Shown here in pieces: positions 25,990 through 39,807 of a DNA stretch of 64,000 nt; position 1 is the first letter of the stretch, and each line of letters begins with the position of its first letter. The DNA lies in the NCBI RefSeq assembly GCF_006345805.1, contig NC_043000.1, forward strand, positions 42,718,001 through 42,782,000, in the 5' to 3' direction. The position numbers were made by a program, and so were the translations under genes. The notes below the pieces were generated by a model that did not search any database, was not told the origin of the DNA, and worked only from the letters and a program-made list of their open reading frames with translations. This DNA is from Octopus sinensis. Taxonomy: Eukaryota.

Positions 25990-26353
25990 ACCATGCCGGA
26001 TCATATCGAAAAATTGTACTCTGAGGAACAGCTTGTATAGTCATACGAACAATCATGTATGTATGTATGCATGCATGTATGTATGTATGTATGTATGTGT
26101 GTGTATGTATGTACGTATGTATGTATGTAAGTATATGCATGTATATATGTGTATGTATGTGTGTGGATGTATATGTATATGTATGTGTGTGGATGTATAT
26201 GTATATGTATATATATATATATATACATATATATGTATATATATATGCACATATATATGTATATATATATATATGCATATACATATACCTACATATATCT
26301 GTTCGTATCTCTCTCTCTCTCTCTCTCTCTTTATATATATATATATATATATA

Positions 26354-26385
<32 letters not shown>
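25990..26385. repeat. Compound (GTAT)(GT)(AT)(CT) microsatellite
   Basis: Directly visible. Confidence 0.95.
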
Positions 26386-26388
<3 letters not shown>

Positions 26389-27824
26389 ACAAACCTATGT
26401 AAAGGTATACACAATACCAAGGAAGTATTGGGTTGAAAACCCTTTTCGAATAGAGAAAGTCGAAGCTCATCGGTGGGACTCGAACCCGCATCTGTAGATA
26501 ACACGCACGTACGCGCGCACACATACACACGCACACGCGCGCGCACGCAAACACACACGTGAATATGTGTGTGTAAAATCACATTAACGTCTTATACAAA
26601 AGACATTAAAGGAAGCAAATTAACACATATCCCTTTGAACTGACAAAGCCAATTACTACCATCGCAATGAACCAGACTACTCACAATTCCTCATACCAAA
26701 TACGCTATGGATTTTACAAAACAACCTTAAGTAAAATGTGAACTATTGTTAACATCACTGGAACACAGATTTCATAGTTTGCTGCCAAACTATGACCATT
26801 TTACTGAACCGCTCGTAATACACCGAACGTTAATCTGCAAAGTTTGTTTCTGATTGCCAAGTCTATGGACTACACATGAAGAGCAAGTACAGAATTTGTG
26901 ATTTCGCAGATGGAGTGTGATAGTATCTGTCCTCTTTCTATCTCCTTTAATCTATACTACTATGACCTTTTTAGATATATTAAAACATATACACAATCTC
27001 ATTTATAAATGAAAGCAAATATTTAGTTCCTAAGTTCCAGGAATAAATTTAGTTCCAGGCATAAATACGCCAGATACCTCTAAAACCTGAAATCTGAACT
27101 CAAAAATCTGTTATCAACTGCTTCCTTAGTCTACTTTCTTAACCACATAACTTAATGAAAACACTTCATATGTAACGAACTAACACAATTAACAGCATTG
27201 ACACAATGGTTAGATTTTCTACGCGTCTACCCTCGCTGCTATACGCAAGTCGGTTTGCGTGAGCATAAGAGAAAGAAAGGAAGCGGGGGAATAAGACCTG
27301 GTAATGAGAAAAGTAATTTATAAAGCGATGAAATGGGCCAATATAGCGTAGAAGCGTGTATGTGGCAATGATTGCGATTATTCTGTCTACTGAAATAGCT
27401 ACGGAAGCTCTATTAAATCCTACTATGCAGCCTTAAGGAGGTGATTCCAACACGAACATACCGAAGATGCTTAGAAGAACACTATTTAGAATATACAAAT
27501 ATATGTCGATGATATTAAAGGAAAGAAAATGTCAAACAGCCAGTCTTACATAAGGAATATGCATCGTATTTAGGCAACGAGAAATATTTATTCATTGCAC
27601 ACAAAAAGCGTCAAGCAAATAATGAATTACAAGAGTAATTATCATAAGAGTTTACACATATACCATCACAATTTAAAAGCTATGAATAAAGCAAAAATTT
27701 TAAAATCAAAATCACCTATGTATGCAATGATCACATTTTACTGTTGCTGCAAGGTACAAATCTTTAAAAAATCTTTGTAATTACTCTATCAAAGAAACCA
27801 GCACATCTACAACGTATATTGGTT

Positions 27825-28025
27825 TCAAATTATGGCACAAGGCCGACATTTTCAGGAGGGGAGTAAGTCGATTACATCGAACCCAGTGAACTACCGGTAC
27901 TTATTTTATCAACCCCAAAAGGATGAAAACAAAGTCAACCATGGCAGAATTTCAACTCAGAACGTAGAGAGTGACAAAATGTCGCTAATCATTTTGACCG
28001 AGGCGCTAACTATTCCGTCAGCTCG
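27825..28025 (-). mobile_element. SINE family 1, diverged, tail B
   Basis: Family core (plus strand GTACTTATTTTATCAACCCC..GGATGAAA..AAAGTC). Confidence 0.75.
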
Positions 28026-29029
28026 CTACTTTATCTATAGCGTATATTATTAACACTGCTATAAGCACATCTAGATGAGTGGATTTCTCAGTACTACTAC
28101 CGCAGTCTACGGCATTGAAAACAACACATTCAAGTTAAATTGGATGTGACAATTAATATAATTCACAATGCACATACTTACAAGTAGCAAGGATAAAATG
28201 TGTTAGGATGTCTTTTTTTTCTGCCCATTATAAACGAAGAGGAAGGTTAATTTCGTGCGATGACATGTGATCCATCTCAGAAGTTGGTTGAATTGCGAAG
28301 AGAATACATCTTTTAATTCTCTTATTGGTAATGACCAAAAATAGTAATGAAAAATGTGATCTTCAATTGAAATATTATAACAATTCTGCTTTTCGCTTCG
28401 CAATATACTGCATAATAAAAAGCGATATTAGACTTTATAAATAACAATATGAAGCAGACGATCATCTTAACGATCCTCTTCTTATTCTCAAACTCATACT
28501 GTCATTTTGAGTTGAGAATCTTTAGCAATTAATTCACTCATAACAATGCACATGTATATTTTTAAACTTACTGTTACAAAATGAACTTTGAACTACTTGG
28601 TTTTTTTCTCCAATTTACAAGGTTTATATCAAATAGTAATCTATCATTTTCGCAATTTAGAATATACAGTCGTCATTGTTCAATTGCCGTTGTCAAGAAA
28701 GTTTAGCAGTGATATATATTTGATTCTTTATTACGAAATCTTTTTCCAACTAAAATGTCATTCTTCTATAGTAGATTGCCTTATGGTCGTCTGACGTGCA
28801 GGAAATAAATAATGAAATAAAAGAGCGAATGAAGAAGAAAAAACTTCTCACAAGCCCCATTTCCTCTTTTGTTCTATTTTCGTTATAGAGCTATATTCTT
28901 AGTCATGATCTGGTTTTGTATACACTCACACACACACACACACATACATACATACATACATATGCATATATGCATACATAAATATATATTTGTATGCATG
29001 TATGTATACAAGTATGTAAATATATATAC

Positions 29030-29112
<83 letters not shown>

Positions 29113-29169
29113 GTGTGTGTGCGTGTGTTTGTGCATGCGCGCGCGTGTCTATCTTATCTATTATCTTTT

Positions 29170-29365
29170 ACTAGTTTCAATCATCGGCGTGCGGCTATAT
29201 TGGGGAACCGCCTTGAAGAATTTACTCGAAATAAATCCACGCTAGTATTTATGATTTTCTGAAGCTTGGAACTGATTCTACCGATATTTTTTGCCGAACA
29301 GTTAGGTTACGAGGACTGATACATACCAACACTGACTGGCCCGCGATGGTGAGGTACAAACACTC
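29170..29365 (-). mobile_element. SINE family 2, diverged 3' part
   Basis: Reverse complement resembles the 3' half of 42290-42660. Confidence 0.55.
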
Positions 29366-29384
29366 ACACACACACACACGCACG

Positions 29385-29415
<31 letters not shown>

Positions 29416-29699
29416 GCAAGCACACACATAATATATATACATAAATACAGACAGGCACTATAATCGTATGAAAACACCGTTTGAGAATTCCTGATACTGA
29501 ATTCAGTTTCGGCAATTTCCGTTGCCTCATCAGTAACAACTGGTTCTACTTCGGCAGATTTCAGACTTAATTCTCTGTCTGTATATATCATTTTATGCTA
29601 GAAATCTCTGGATGTCTGTTTATATGTATCTAATTATTTGCTTTAACTAAATCATTAGAGCATTTTACCAATTATTTCTAGCAATGTCCTCCAGACACC

Positions 29700-30031
29700 T
29701 GATGAGGCCTTGTGGGATGATGAATGGAGGATTATATCGTCATCATCACTAGTGATCACTCCAAACACCATGCTGGATGCTTGATTTTGATCAATTTCGG
29801 TACATATTCTCAGACTCAAACACTCTGAAATGCTGGTATTGGAGCTTCCGGTGCGAATGCTAAACAGTACAGCGTATTTTCCAAATTTCTGACAGAGTGA
29901 AATGCGTCGTAGTGCTGTTTTCCTCATAGACGGTGCCTCACTGACACTACTGTAGTGTATAGTCGACAAAATCAGAAACAACGCGCATGCGCGAAATAAA
30001 AAATAAGATGGCGACATTTACCCATCGCACC
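29700..30031 (-). mobile_element. Internally deleted maT/DD37D mariner (same family as 23255)
   Basis: Terminus GGTGCGATGGGTAAATGTCGCCAT; translation KYAVLFSIRTGSSNTSISECL joined to the SMVFGVITSDDD region. Confidence 0.8.
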
Positions 30032-30040
30032 ATGTGTGTT

Positions 30041-30076
<36 letters not shown>

Positions 30077-30825
30077 TATATGAGTGTGTGTGTGTGTGTA
30101 AATTTTTGTATCGTAGGCTTCTAGATATAGTGTCTTGATACGGCATGTAGCAATTTTGAAAGCAGTTGTTCGTGGTTAATTTCCAAGGACGTGATATATC
30201 GCTTATAACATAATATGAGTATGTGGTATAATGTACAGAGCTTGAATAATATATGCATACATATATACATACAAATAAAGTAATTCACGGACCTTCCCAC
30301 ACGAACATATATATATATGAATGCATTCATTCACACAAACAAACGTACACACTGATTTATACACATATATGTTGCATATACGCTCACATACATATAAACA
30401 AGGTGTGTACAAACATACACATAAAGTCAAAGAAAAACACGTACATCCACACAAGAATAATCTCGCATACAAAGATCCATGCATATACTTCAAGTACGTG
30501 CACTCATACACCAAAAATGTTGTATTCACTTTCTGATAACTAACTGGTAGTGCCGTTTTACATCCGCTCATAAAAAAAAAGCTATTACGAAGAGAAGCAT
30601 CAGGTCGGCATCTGTGCTGTGATCTCTCCTTTATTTTTTCATTTCACTCTAGGATATTATTTCAAAGAAGAACTATTTCCAACAGACAATATTAACTAGT
30701 TTTATTTCTCTGTTCTGTGAGATAGGCATTAATTAGTTTGATCATGAAGGAATACTTAAACACGTTTTTTGTTGTTGTTGTTGTTGTTGTTGTTGCAGTC
30801 GAACTAACACTTTCTTTTATTGCCT

Positions 30826-30862
30826 GTATCTATCTATCTATCGATATATCTATCTATCTATA

Positions 30863-30926
<64 letters not shown>

Positions 30927-30929
30927 CAT

Positions 30930-31010
<81 letters not shown>

Positions 31011-31030
31011 GTCAGTCTGTCTATCTATCT
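30826..31030. repeat. (TATC)n microsatellite, left flank of the Tx1 LINE
   Basis: Directly visible. Confidence 0.97.
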
Positions 31031-31031
31031 A

Positions 31032-32126
31032 TGGTCGCCGTTTGTGAGGCACGCTTTCCCGCAGCTCGTCTCCATTACCGAACTGCAGTCGTGAATCAAA
31101 AAGAGGCCGAGGAAGGGTGAATGGCACTGCGAGTGTCGCGTTGCTCTCAAGCAACTCTGCCGTCTCGGGTCGACCTTGAGTGACTTCAACACAAACAAAG
31201 CATTCTATAGGGGATTAATGGAGGGGAGGTACGACGACGATCTTGGGGCAAACCTGGGCGTCGACGAGGAATACCTGACCCGGCTGTTTGAAACGACTTT
31301 CGGGCCGAGACCTATGGACAACTTCCAGAGATCCCTGGCCTGGCAGTGCTACCCGTTCGGGATAAGCTCTATAGGCATGGCTCTAGAAACACGGGCCGAC
31401 CTGCCCGAGATGCGGGCAGAGCGACGAAACCGTTCTGCACGCAATCGTGCAGTGTCCAACAATCTCCGACCTGTGGGCTTATGTCGAACGACTGCTGTAA
31501 CGTGTGGGACGTGTCGGTTTATCAGCCGAGTCTATCGTTAATATCGTCACGCCTCCTTCCTTCAAACGGGAAGGAAGAGCTATTTTTATCATACTTGTGG
31601 CTATGGCGAAAGAATGTATCTGGTCAATCTCTCACCAACTTCTTCAAGTATCACTTGAAGAGAAAAGTGAGAGTAGAGAGGCAAGTTTTGTCTAGTGAAT
31701 GTTTAAAAAAAAGATGGGTGAATATAGCAAGGATGATACGTATGAATGACGAAGCCACCTTGAATATGATCCTATGAACCGTAAAAATTAATACAGAGAG
31801 TTGCTCATTTGTAAAGAAATATAACATGTGACCTCATTGACCGAGGTTACCGTGGTCTTTTCCGTAGGCTTTTCTTTACACGGGTAAACCTCACCTGTAC
31901 TCCCCTTTACACTTTATATTGACATTCCTGTGATAACGATCCCTATTGATCTATTTTTTCCTTTTCCTTTTATTGTTTATCCCCCCCTTTTTTTTGCTTT
32001 CCTCTTTCTTTCCTTTTACGATCGCTTTTGATCGAAAACCGAACCACCTTTTTTTATCCCCAAAAGAAAAGCTCTACCTTGTAATTTGTCTCGTCTGTGT
32101 GCAGCCCTGTGTGGCTAATAAAGAAA
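31032..32126 (+). mobile_element. 5'-truncated L1/Tx1-clade LINE 3' end (ORF2 C-terminus with zf-RVT CCHC finger plus 3' UTR)
   Basis: With frameshifts: FQRSLAWQCY / LPVRDKLYRHGSR / TCPRCGQSDETVLHAIVQCPTISDLW (Cx2Cx8Hx4C) ... FKYHLKRKVRVERQVLSSECLKKRWVNIARM..IL*. CpG-rich; ends AATAAAGAAA. Clade assigned from motif recall. Confidence 0.8.
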
Positions 32127-32128
32127 CA

Positions 32129-32129
<1 letters not shown>

Positions 32130-32177
<48 letters not shown>

Positions 32178-32178
32178 G

Positions 32179-32220
<42 letters not shown>

Positions 32221-32222
32221 CA
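32130..32222. repeat. (TATC)n microsatellite, right flank of the Tx1 LINE
   Basis: Directly visible. Confidence 0.97.
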
Positions 32223-32575
32223 TTCATATATATGCGTGTGTGTGAGTATGTATGTGTGCATGCGCGTATGAATGTATGCCCAAATGTATATGAATACATT
32301 CGTGCATACATGCACACGTACATGTATATCCGAGTGTGTGCATATCGCGCACGTGTGTGTGTGTGTGTGTGTCTGTATGTTGCTCAAGAAATCTACAAAA
32401 AAATAAAATAAAATATTGTTGCTTAATATTTCCTAGTGTTTTATCCTAAAATTTCTTTTAACAGGACTCTTTAATGTAAAAAAAAATTGCCTTCAAAACC
32501 ACTAAATGTCGCCTGGAAACATAATTTCTAGAAACTCTATAAACATACGTACGTACATAACAGACATATACATAC

Positions 32576-32633
<58 letters not shown>

Positions 32634-32708
32634 GAAATGAAGTATTGAGTTCTTTCCATCGTAGACGTAGTATAATTACTTCTTATCACTTTCTCTATGA
32701 ATGCATTA

Positions 32709-32805
<97 letters not shown>

Positions 32806-33253
32806 TGTATGCACGCATAAAGACATATACAAGCATTTACTGCTAAAGAAATCTATTGTGCAGAATATTTCGTTGCTTAACATTTCCGAGTGCTTTCTCC
32901 AAAAATATTTTTTCCCCAAAACTTCTGAATTTACAAAATCGATTTGGCCTTGCATTCTCGCGTATGTACTAGAAATGAGAATATCTGCATCAAAATCACA
33001 ACAACACAAAAGACAGAAAATGTAAAAATACACAACCAAGTACAGAGACGACAAAAAAATGGCGCATCAATTGCAAAATTTTTTGCCAAAATCCAGAAAT
33101 GGCATTTATAAAGAATCTGAGGAACAAAGCAAAACGAACAGTAAATGTATGAATAATAATAAGACATCCTGTTTTCTTTACAATTTTTACAGTTGCAAAA
33201 TCTACTGGATACACACACAGACACACACATATAGATGTATGTATACATATATA

Positions 33254-33303
<50 letters not shown>

Positions 33304-33344
33304 TATATATATACATATATATATGCATACACACACACACTCAC

Positions 33345-33401
<57 letters not shown>

Positions 33402-33414
33402 AATATATATGCAT

Positions 33415-33451
<37 letters not shown>

Positions 33452-33471
33452 ATATGTACATATGACTTGAC

Positions 33472-33527
<56 letters not shown>

Positions 33528-35401
33528 CTATGTATGAATGGATGGATGGATAGATGGATATTGATATACATACATGCACATATAACACACACATGTAAAC
33601 TCGCACAGATTTGACAACAAACGAAAGTGCGTTATGAAGTCCATCATGGATAAAGATAAAAAAAGTATTTAAATGTTTATGATAATATACACCGGTTTTA
33701 ATCACTTGAAATAGACGATTAAGTCATACTCAAAGAAAAGGAAAATAAAATTGAAAGAGATTAAATTATACTTTCGTGACATCAGTTCTGTAAGTTTAAG
33801 TGTATTTCTCCCGAAAACCGCATGGTGTCGTTGTTTCGTTTCCGTCTGATTTTTGCTAGGTGGTAGCAGCAGGAGCAGTAGTACCAATAGAAGTAGTATA
33901 TATCATTAAAAGAAGTGACAGAAGAAGTGATGCTGTACACATTACATACCTGATTTTAGTATGTTTATGTCTCAATAAAACTCTTAGCGAAACAATTATT
34001 GCAGTACCAGATAACCGATTTGCTTGTTTTTATTATGTTTTTACGCAAGGCTTAAGGTTCCATTCATCGTTTGACAGGTTTGGATAATATTTGAGTTGTC
34101 GATTACCTAATAACTGAACTTTCCTTCATCGAAGCATTGAGTGCTATAGTAGTGGGTTTGTTAACAGTCCGATGTTCATCATTTTCTCGAACCAATAATT
34201 TTGGCGTACTTCACTTTGATATACTTCGATCTCCTACAATAAAATCTATCCATCTATCTATATTATCGAGATAGAGACGCATACACACACTCGCACGCAC
34301 ATACACATATAAAATAAAAACGATAAAATACACGTTAAGTACAGGACATCACCAACAAGCTAAAATACGTAAACACACAACGTGAGACAAGTACGGGACA
34401 AAATGCCAAAGAAATCTAACTCTTCTTCAGTTGTTGACTGTGTATTGCTACCCGTTTCGTGCTTTTAACAACAAGACAAGAAAACGTTATAATACATCAG
34501 CGACCAAAAATTTATAAAGCATAAAATTTGTGGAGAGTCATGGCTTCGAACGAACAAACGACACTAGAGTAGACGTACGGAAACGACCGACGAAGACAGA
34601 TGTTTTGGGCCGCCAGGCCAAGATGAACTCTGAAAGGATATAGCATAAATACAAGAGATATAGCATAAATACAATAGAAAGAATAGAAGAAAAAAGGATA
34701 TAGAGAGGCGAGAGAAGAAAAAAATGACGCCTGGTTAGTTATAAACACAAGGGAAAACAGTCTGTACTTGCATATACGTACTTGCAATTCCATGCAAAAA
34801 AATTTCCCGTCCCTGATTTAGAGGTTCCCTATCTCACGCAGAGAGGACGATGTATAATTGCCAACTGATATATTTGCTGATATATTTGCTATATTGCAGT
34901 TCTGCGTTTAATTTATAAATAGATGAGAGAGAGGCGAGAAAAATAGCCTATAATGACGTGTGAGTAACAGGCAGAGGGGAAAATGAGCAAGAAAGAGAGT
35001 AAGGAAAAGAAATAAAGCGAGTGAGGAGAAGGGAGAAGGAAAGAAAAAGAGTGAAAGAAAGACAGGCGGGGAGAACAAAAAAGGAGGATATAAAAACTAT
35101 AGAGGTTTATAGGGGCATAGAAAAAGAGAAAGAGAAAGAAAAAATGCAGAGAACAGAGTCGCAGAAATTATATATAAATGTAAGAACCTACTGTTGAGAA
35201 AGTCTTCGTGGCTTTCAATAATTAAATAAAAATGAAAAAATGCACATTAAGTACTGGACATCACCAACGAGCGGAAAAATAAGTAGACACACAACGACAG
35301 ACATGTATGGGAAAAAATACCGAAAGAATTCTAACGCCACTTCAGTTGTCGACTGTTTATTACCACCTGTTTCGTGCTATTAACGGAAAGACAGAATGAC
35401 C

Positions 35402-35562
35402 GTGAACTTTTCTGTGCATGTGCAATAAGTTTCAACGTTCTAGCTTACTTCCGCTGTTTATAACAGTGCATGGAAGGAAGATGTGTAATGTGTGATAGTC
35501 GCTTTGTCCATGCGAGAGAAAGCTAAAAAGTTGAAACATTGCGCATGCACAGAAAAGTTCAC
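35402..35562. mobile_element. MITE-like element, 161 bp, about 45-bp imperfect TIRs
   Basis: GTGAACTTTTCTGTGCATGTGCAAT..GTTTCAAC at the left end; its reverse complement at the right end. Confidence 0.65.
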
Positions 35563-35707
35563 AGCCATTCAGTGCCAAGCGGTTTTACTCTGCGCGCTTT
35601 AGCTTCGTTACAATGGCAACAGTCGGGGTACTTGTCGGTAGGGATAATAATTGTTTATGACTTAATAGAGTTGTCGCTGTTTAGTTAAGTATTTAAGAGT
35701 GGTTGTA

Positions 35708-36298
<591 letters not shown>

Positions 36299-36344
36299 TA
36301 TGTGTGTGTGCTTGTGTGTGGTTGCTTGTAGAGTGCGTGTTTGT

Positions 36345-36480
36345 GTCTGTGTCTATCCCCCCATCATCGCTTGACAACTGATGTTGTGTGTTTACGACTC
36401 CGTGAACTAGCAGTTCGGCAAAAGAGACCGATATAATAAGTACTAGGCTTAAACTCAAATGATAGAAACGAGTAAAAGGA
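36345..36480 (+). mobile_element. SINE family 2, 3' part
   Basis: CGCTTGACAAC..GTTCGGCAAAAGAGACCGAT..AATAAGTACTAGGCTT, as in 42290-42660. Confidence 0.75.
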
Positions 36481-36879
36481 ACAAAACAATATTCAAATGA
36501 CAGAGAAAGGCAAGAAGTATAAAAAAATAATCGAAAGTAATTTAGGATGAATTAAGACTTACAAAGAATTAAAATATAAAATACTATAGATGAAATTTCT
36601 CAGTGAGATTGGTGATTATTGCAAAATGTATGCGACACTTTTTTCTTAGTATTAGTTTATGTATTTAGTGTACGTGTAGGCATAGGCGCTTTCCAAGCAG
36701 TCATAAATATCATAGGTTGATCAGTAGGTAGGTAGGTATATCCATTTCGTAATGACGGAAAGAGAGCTCGATACTATAGAATACAGTATTAATATTATAT
36801 TTTCGTCCAGACAATTTCTTGCTACTCGGCGTTTTGGTGTAATTGCATAGCCTTTTAAGGCAGTCTCCGACTAATATAT

Positions 36880-36918
<39 letters not shown>

Positions 36919-38529
36919 TGTGTAAATATGTGTGTGTGTATATCTACCTATATATTTATATATATTTTGTTAGATAGAAACTTAGATGTATATAGATATA
37001 ATATACATATCCGCAAATAATACATTTGCGAGTGGATAATGACTCTTTCCATGCAGTGCATATCAAAATTGAGATATATACCTCTATTTTGAACATGTCC
37101 TTGTGCACTATAGTTTTCAAAGTTTTCACTGTTCTATCTTCTGTTGGAGAATAGTTTCTCTGTAAGGACAATGTGAATAAAAACATAACGACCGGAAATT
37201 ACCAAATGCTGTGTTACCCTCGCAATATTTCACAGTTATCTGCCAATGAGGAGGCGAAATTTCACTAAAATATTTGAGGCGAGGTCTAAACTTTTGTTTC
37301 TTAAAAATAACCGAGTGGTTCTTTGCCAGTGAAGAGGTGGAATCGTGGAAAAGGTCAACTGAATATAGAAAAACATCTCATCAGCTATAAATCAGATAAG
37401 CATCGCCATGCTTAAGGCATGAAGATTTAATCCTCTAACACTATTTCTATGTACATCACAATGATTATAAAAAATACTGAGAAACTAGACAGTGCAATGA
37501 AAAATCTGTAGTACATGGAAGGCAAAAGCTTACGAGTAAGACGAAACATCACGTGCGAGCAGCAACATTCAACATATTTCAATAAAAAACTTAGTCAATC
37601 AATTGAGTACCGAAACTCACCCACAGAGCAAAGGGGAATACATTTAGATATTTGAATATCAGTACGCTCATTTGGAGTGCTATTATCTAGTAAAATGTTA
37701 AAGAGTTTGTGAGATCATATTTAATAAAAAATATACGCAGCTAGATGGCGTAAATAGGCAATTCATAATTTATCCATATCCACTGCCAATACGACGCATT
37801 ACTTAAATATATTTATAACTTATAATAAATACGTGATAATATCTAAAGTTTAAAATATCTGTGTGTATGTGTGAGCTATTTTGCTACTTGAAACTCAGCC
37901 ACGTTCCCCTCACGGTTGAATTCTAGTGACTATCGTCTTCAATAAACTTGCAATTTTGGTTACGATCAAGTAAAGAATGTGGAGTGTCATAATTCTTTTA
38001 TCAGGAATAATATAAACTCGTTCTCATTTAAAAAAAATTTTGCATTGCTTGTAGAATAGAGAAGCATTTCTAGCAGAATATCAACTTTTCTCTTTTCTTT
38101 CTAAACTACTTAAATATGATATACATCTTTTCCTCTGCCTATATTCACTCTTGGAATTCTAATTTAATTTGAAGATTTAATTCTCAGATAGCTCTGGTTC
38201 GGAAATTTCACTTTCGTCGCCAGCACGAAGTGCTTCAAAGAATCAGATAAACTGAGTAAGGGATGATGAGTTTATAAAAGTAGATAAAGGGCATCCAGTG
38301 GCGTTTACAATTCCTTTCCAGTGTTCTCATATTCATTTATAAATTTACCAATGCTTATATGATATATTTAAAACTTCGAAACACCCCACACTCATTTGGA
38401 AACGATGATCTGTCCGGCACGCAGGGAAATGTGTACGTGGAATGTTCCAATTCTGAAATTACACAAAATATTACTTCATAAAAATAGGTAACAACAGCAA
38501 CAACAAGAAGAACAACAACAATAATTATG

Positions 38530-38850
38530 ATAATCCTTTGAACTATAGGCACAAGGCTTGAAATTTAGGGGAGAGGGTTAGTCGATTACATTGACGCCAG
38601 TACTCAACTGGCACTTAGTTTATCGAACCCGAAAGGATGAAAGGCAAAGTCGACACTACGGAATTTGAGTTCAGAACGTAGGGACGGGCGAAATACGGCT
38701 AAGCATTCCGTCCAGCATGCAAACGATTCTGCCAGCTCATCGCCATAAAAAGGCAAATTCGACCTAGGCTTTATTTGAACTCAGAACTTAAAATTGGAAA
38801 AATACCGCTAAGCATTTTACCCGGCGCCATAACGATTTTGCCGACTCGGT
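38530..38850 (-). mobile_element. SINE family 1 copy (38530-38745) plus an adjacent partial head (38745-38850)
   Basis: Family core, tail B, and two AACTCAGAAC/GTTCAGAAC B-box regions. Confidence 0.8.
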
Positions 38851-38945
38851 TTCTTAAAAATAAATAAATAATAATAATTATAATAATAATAATAATATTA
38901 ATAATAATAATAATAAAAATAATAATTATTATTATTATAATAATA

Positions 38946-38998
<53 letters not shown>

Positions 38999-39000
38999 TA

Positions 39001-39690
39001 ATGAAAAGAAATATAACTAGTAACTGCAGAATATGTGGAGATGGACAAGAAACAATAAATCATATTATCTCTAGCTGCCCAGTCCTGGTTAAGAAGTAAT
39101 ATATTCACAGATATGACAGAGTTGGAACCTACATACATTGGAAGCTACGCCAACATTGTGGAATAACAACAGAAAAAAGATGGTATAGGCATACACCAGA
39201 AAAGGTCACAGAAAACGAGAAAGAAACCATACTCTGGGATATGCCGATACACACAGATAGAGAAATTAAGGCCAATAGACCAGATATAGTTGTCAGAGAT
39301 CATGAAGAAAAAAAATGCTTTCTAATTGATGTATCAATACCGGCAGATGACAACGTGTCTCTAAAAGAAATGGAGAAACTCTCAAAATACAAAGACCTGG
39401 AAATAGAGGTAACCAGAATGTGGAATCTGAAAACAGAAACAATTCCTATCATAGTAGGTGCACTAGGCATGATAAAAAATATTCAAACAAATATATAACA
39501 AAAACACCAGGACTTACAAACACATATAACGAACAGAAAATTGCACTACTAGGCACTGCACACATCCTACGCAGAACATTTTCCATACAATAACCATCAG
39601 AGCATCACAACAAATCACAGCACACACCTAAGGCACACAGAGCTGCGCTCGGTAGTGAAGTGAAAGAACGCTATAAAAATAAAACTACTG
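39001..39690 (+). mobile_element. R4/Dong-like LINE lineage B, 3' fragment (zinc knuckle, RLE, 3' UTR)
   Basis: CRICGDGQETINHIISSC..LWDMPIHTDREIKANRPDIVVRDHEEKKCFLIDVSIP..EKLSKYKDL; (AAT)n on both sides. Confidence 0.92.
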
Positions 39691-39711
39691 AATAATAATA
39701 ATATTAATAAC

Positions 39712-39782
<71 letters not shown>

Positions 39783-39807
39783 TAATAATAATGATAATAA
39801 TAATAAT

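Noticed and set aside
26470-26495. Perfect B-box GGTTCGAGTCCC (minus strand) as a tRNA gene
   Set aside because: No A-box, D-arm or cloverleaf; the 5' side is microsatellite. At most a SINE-head remnant.
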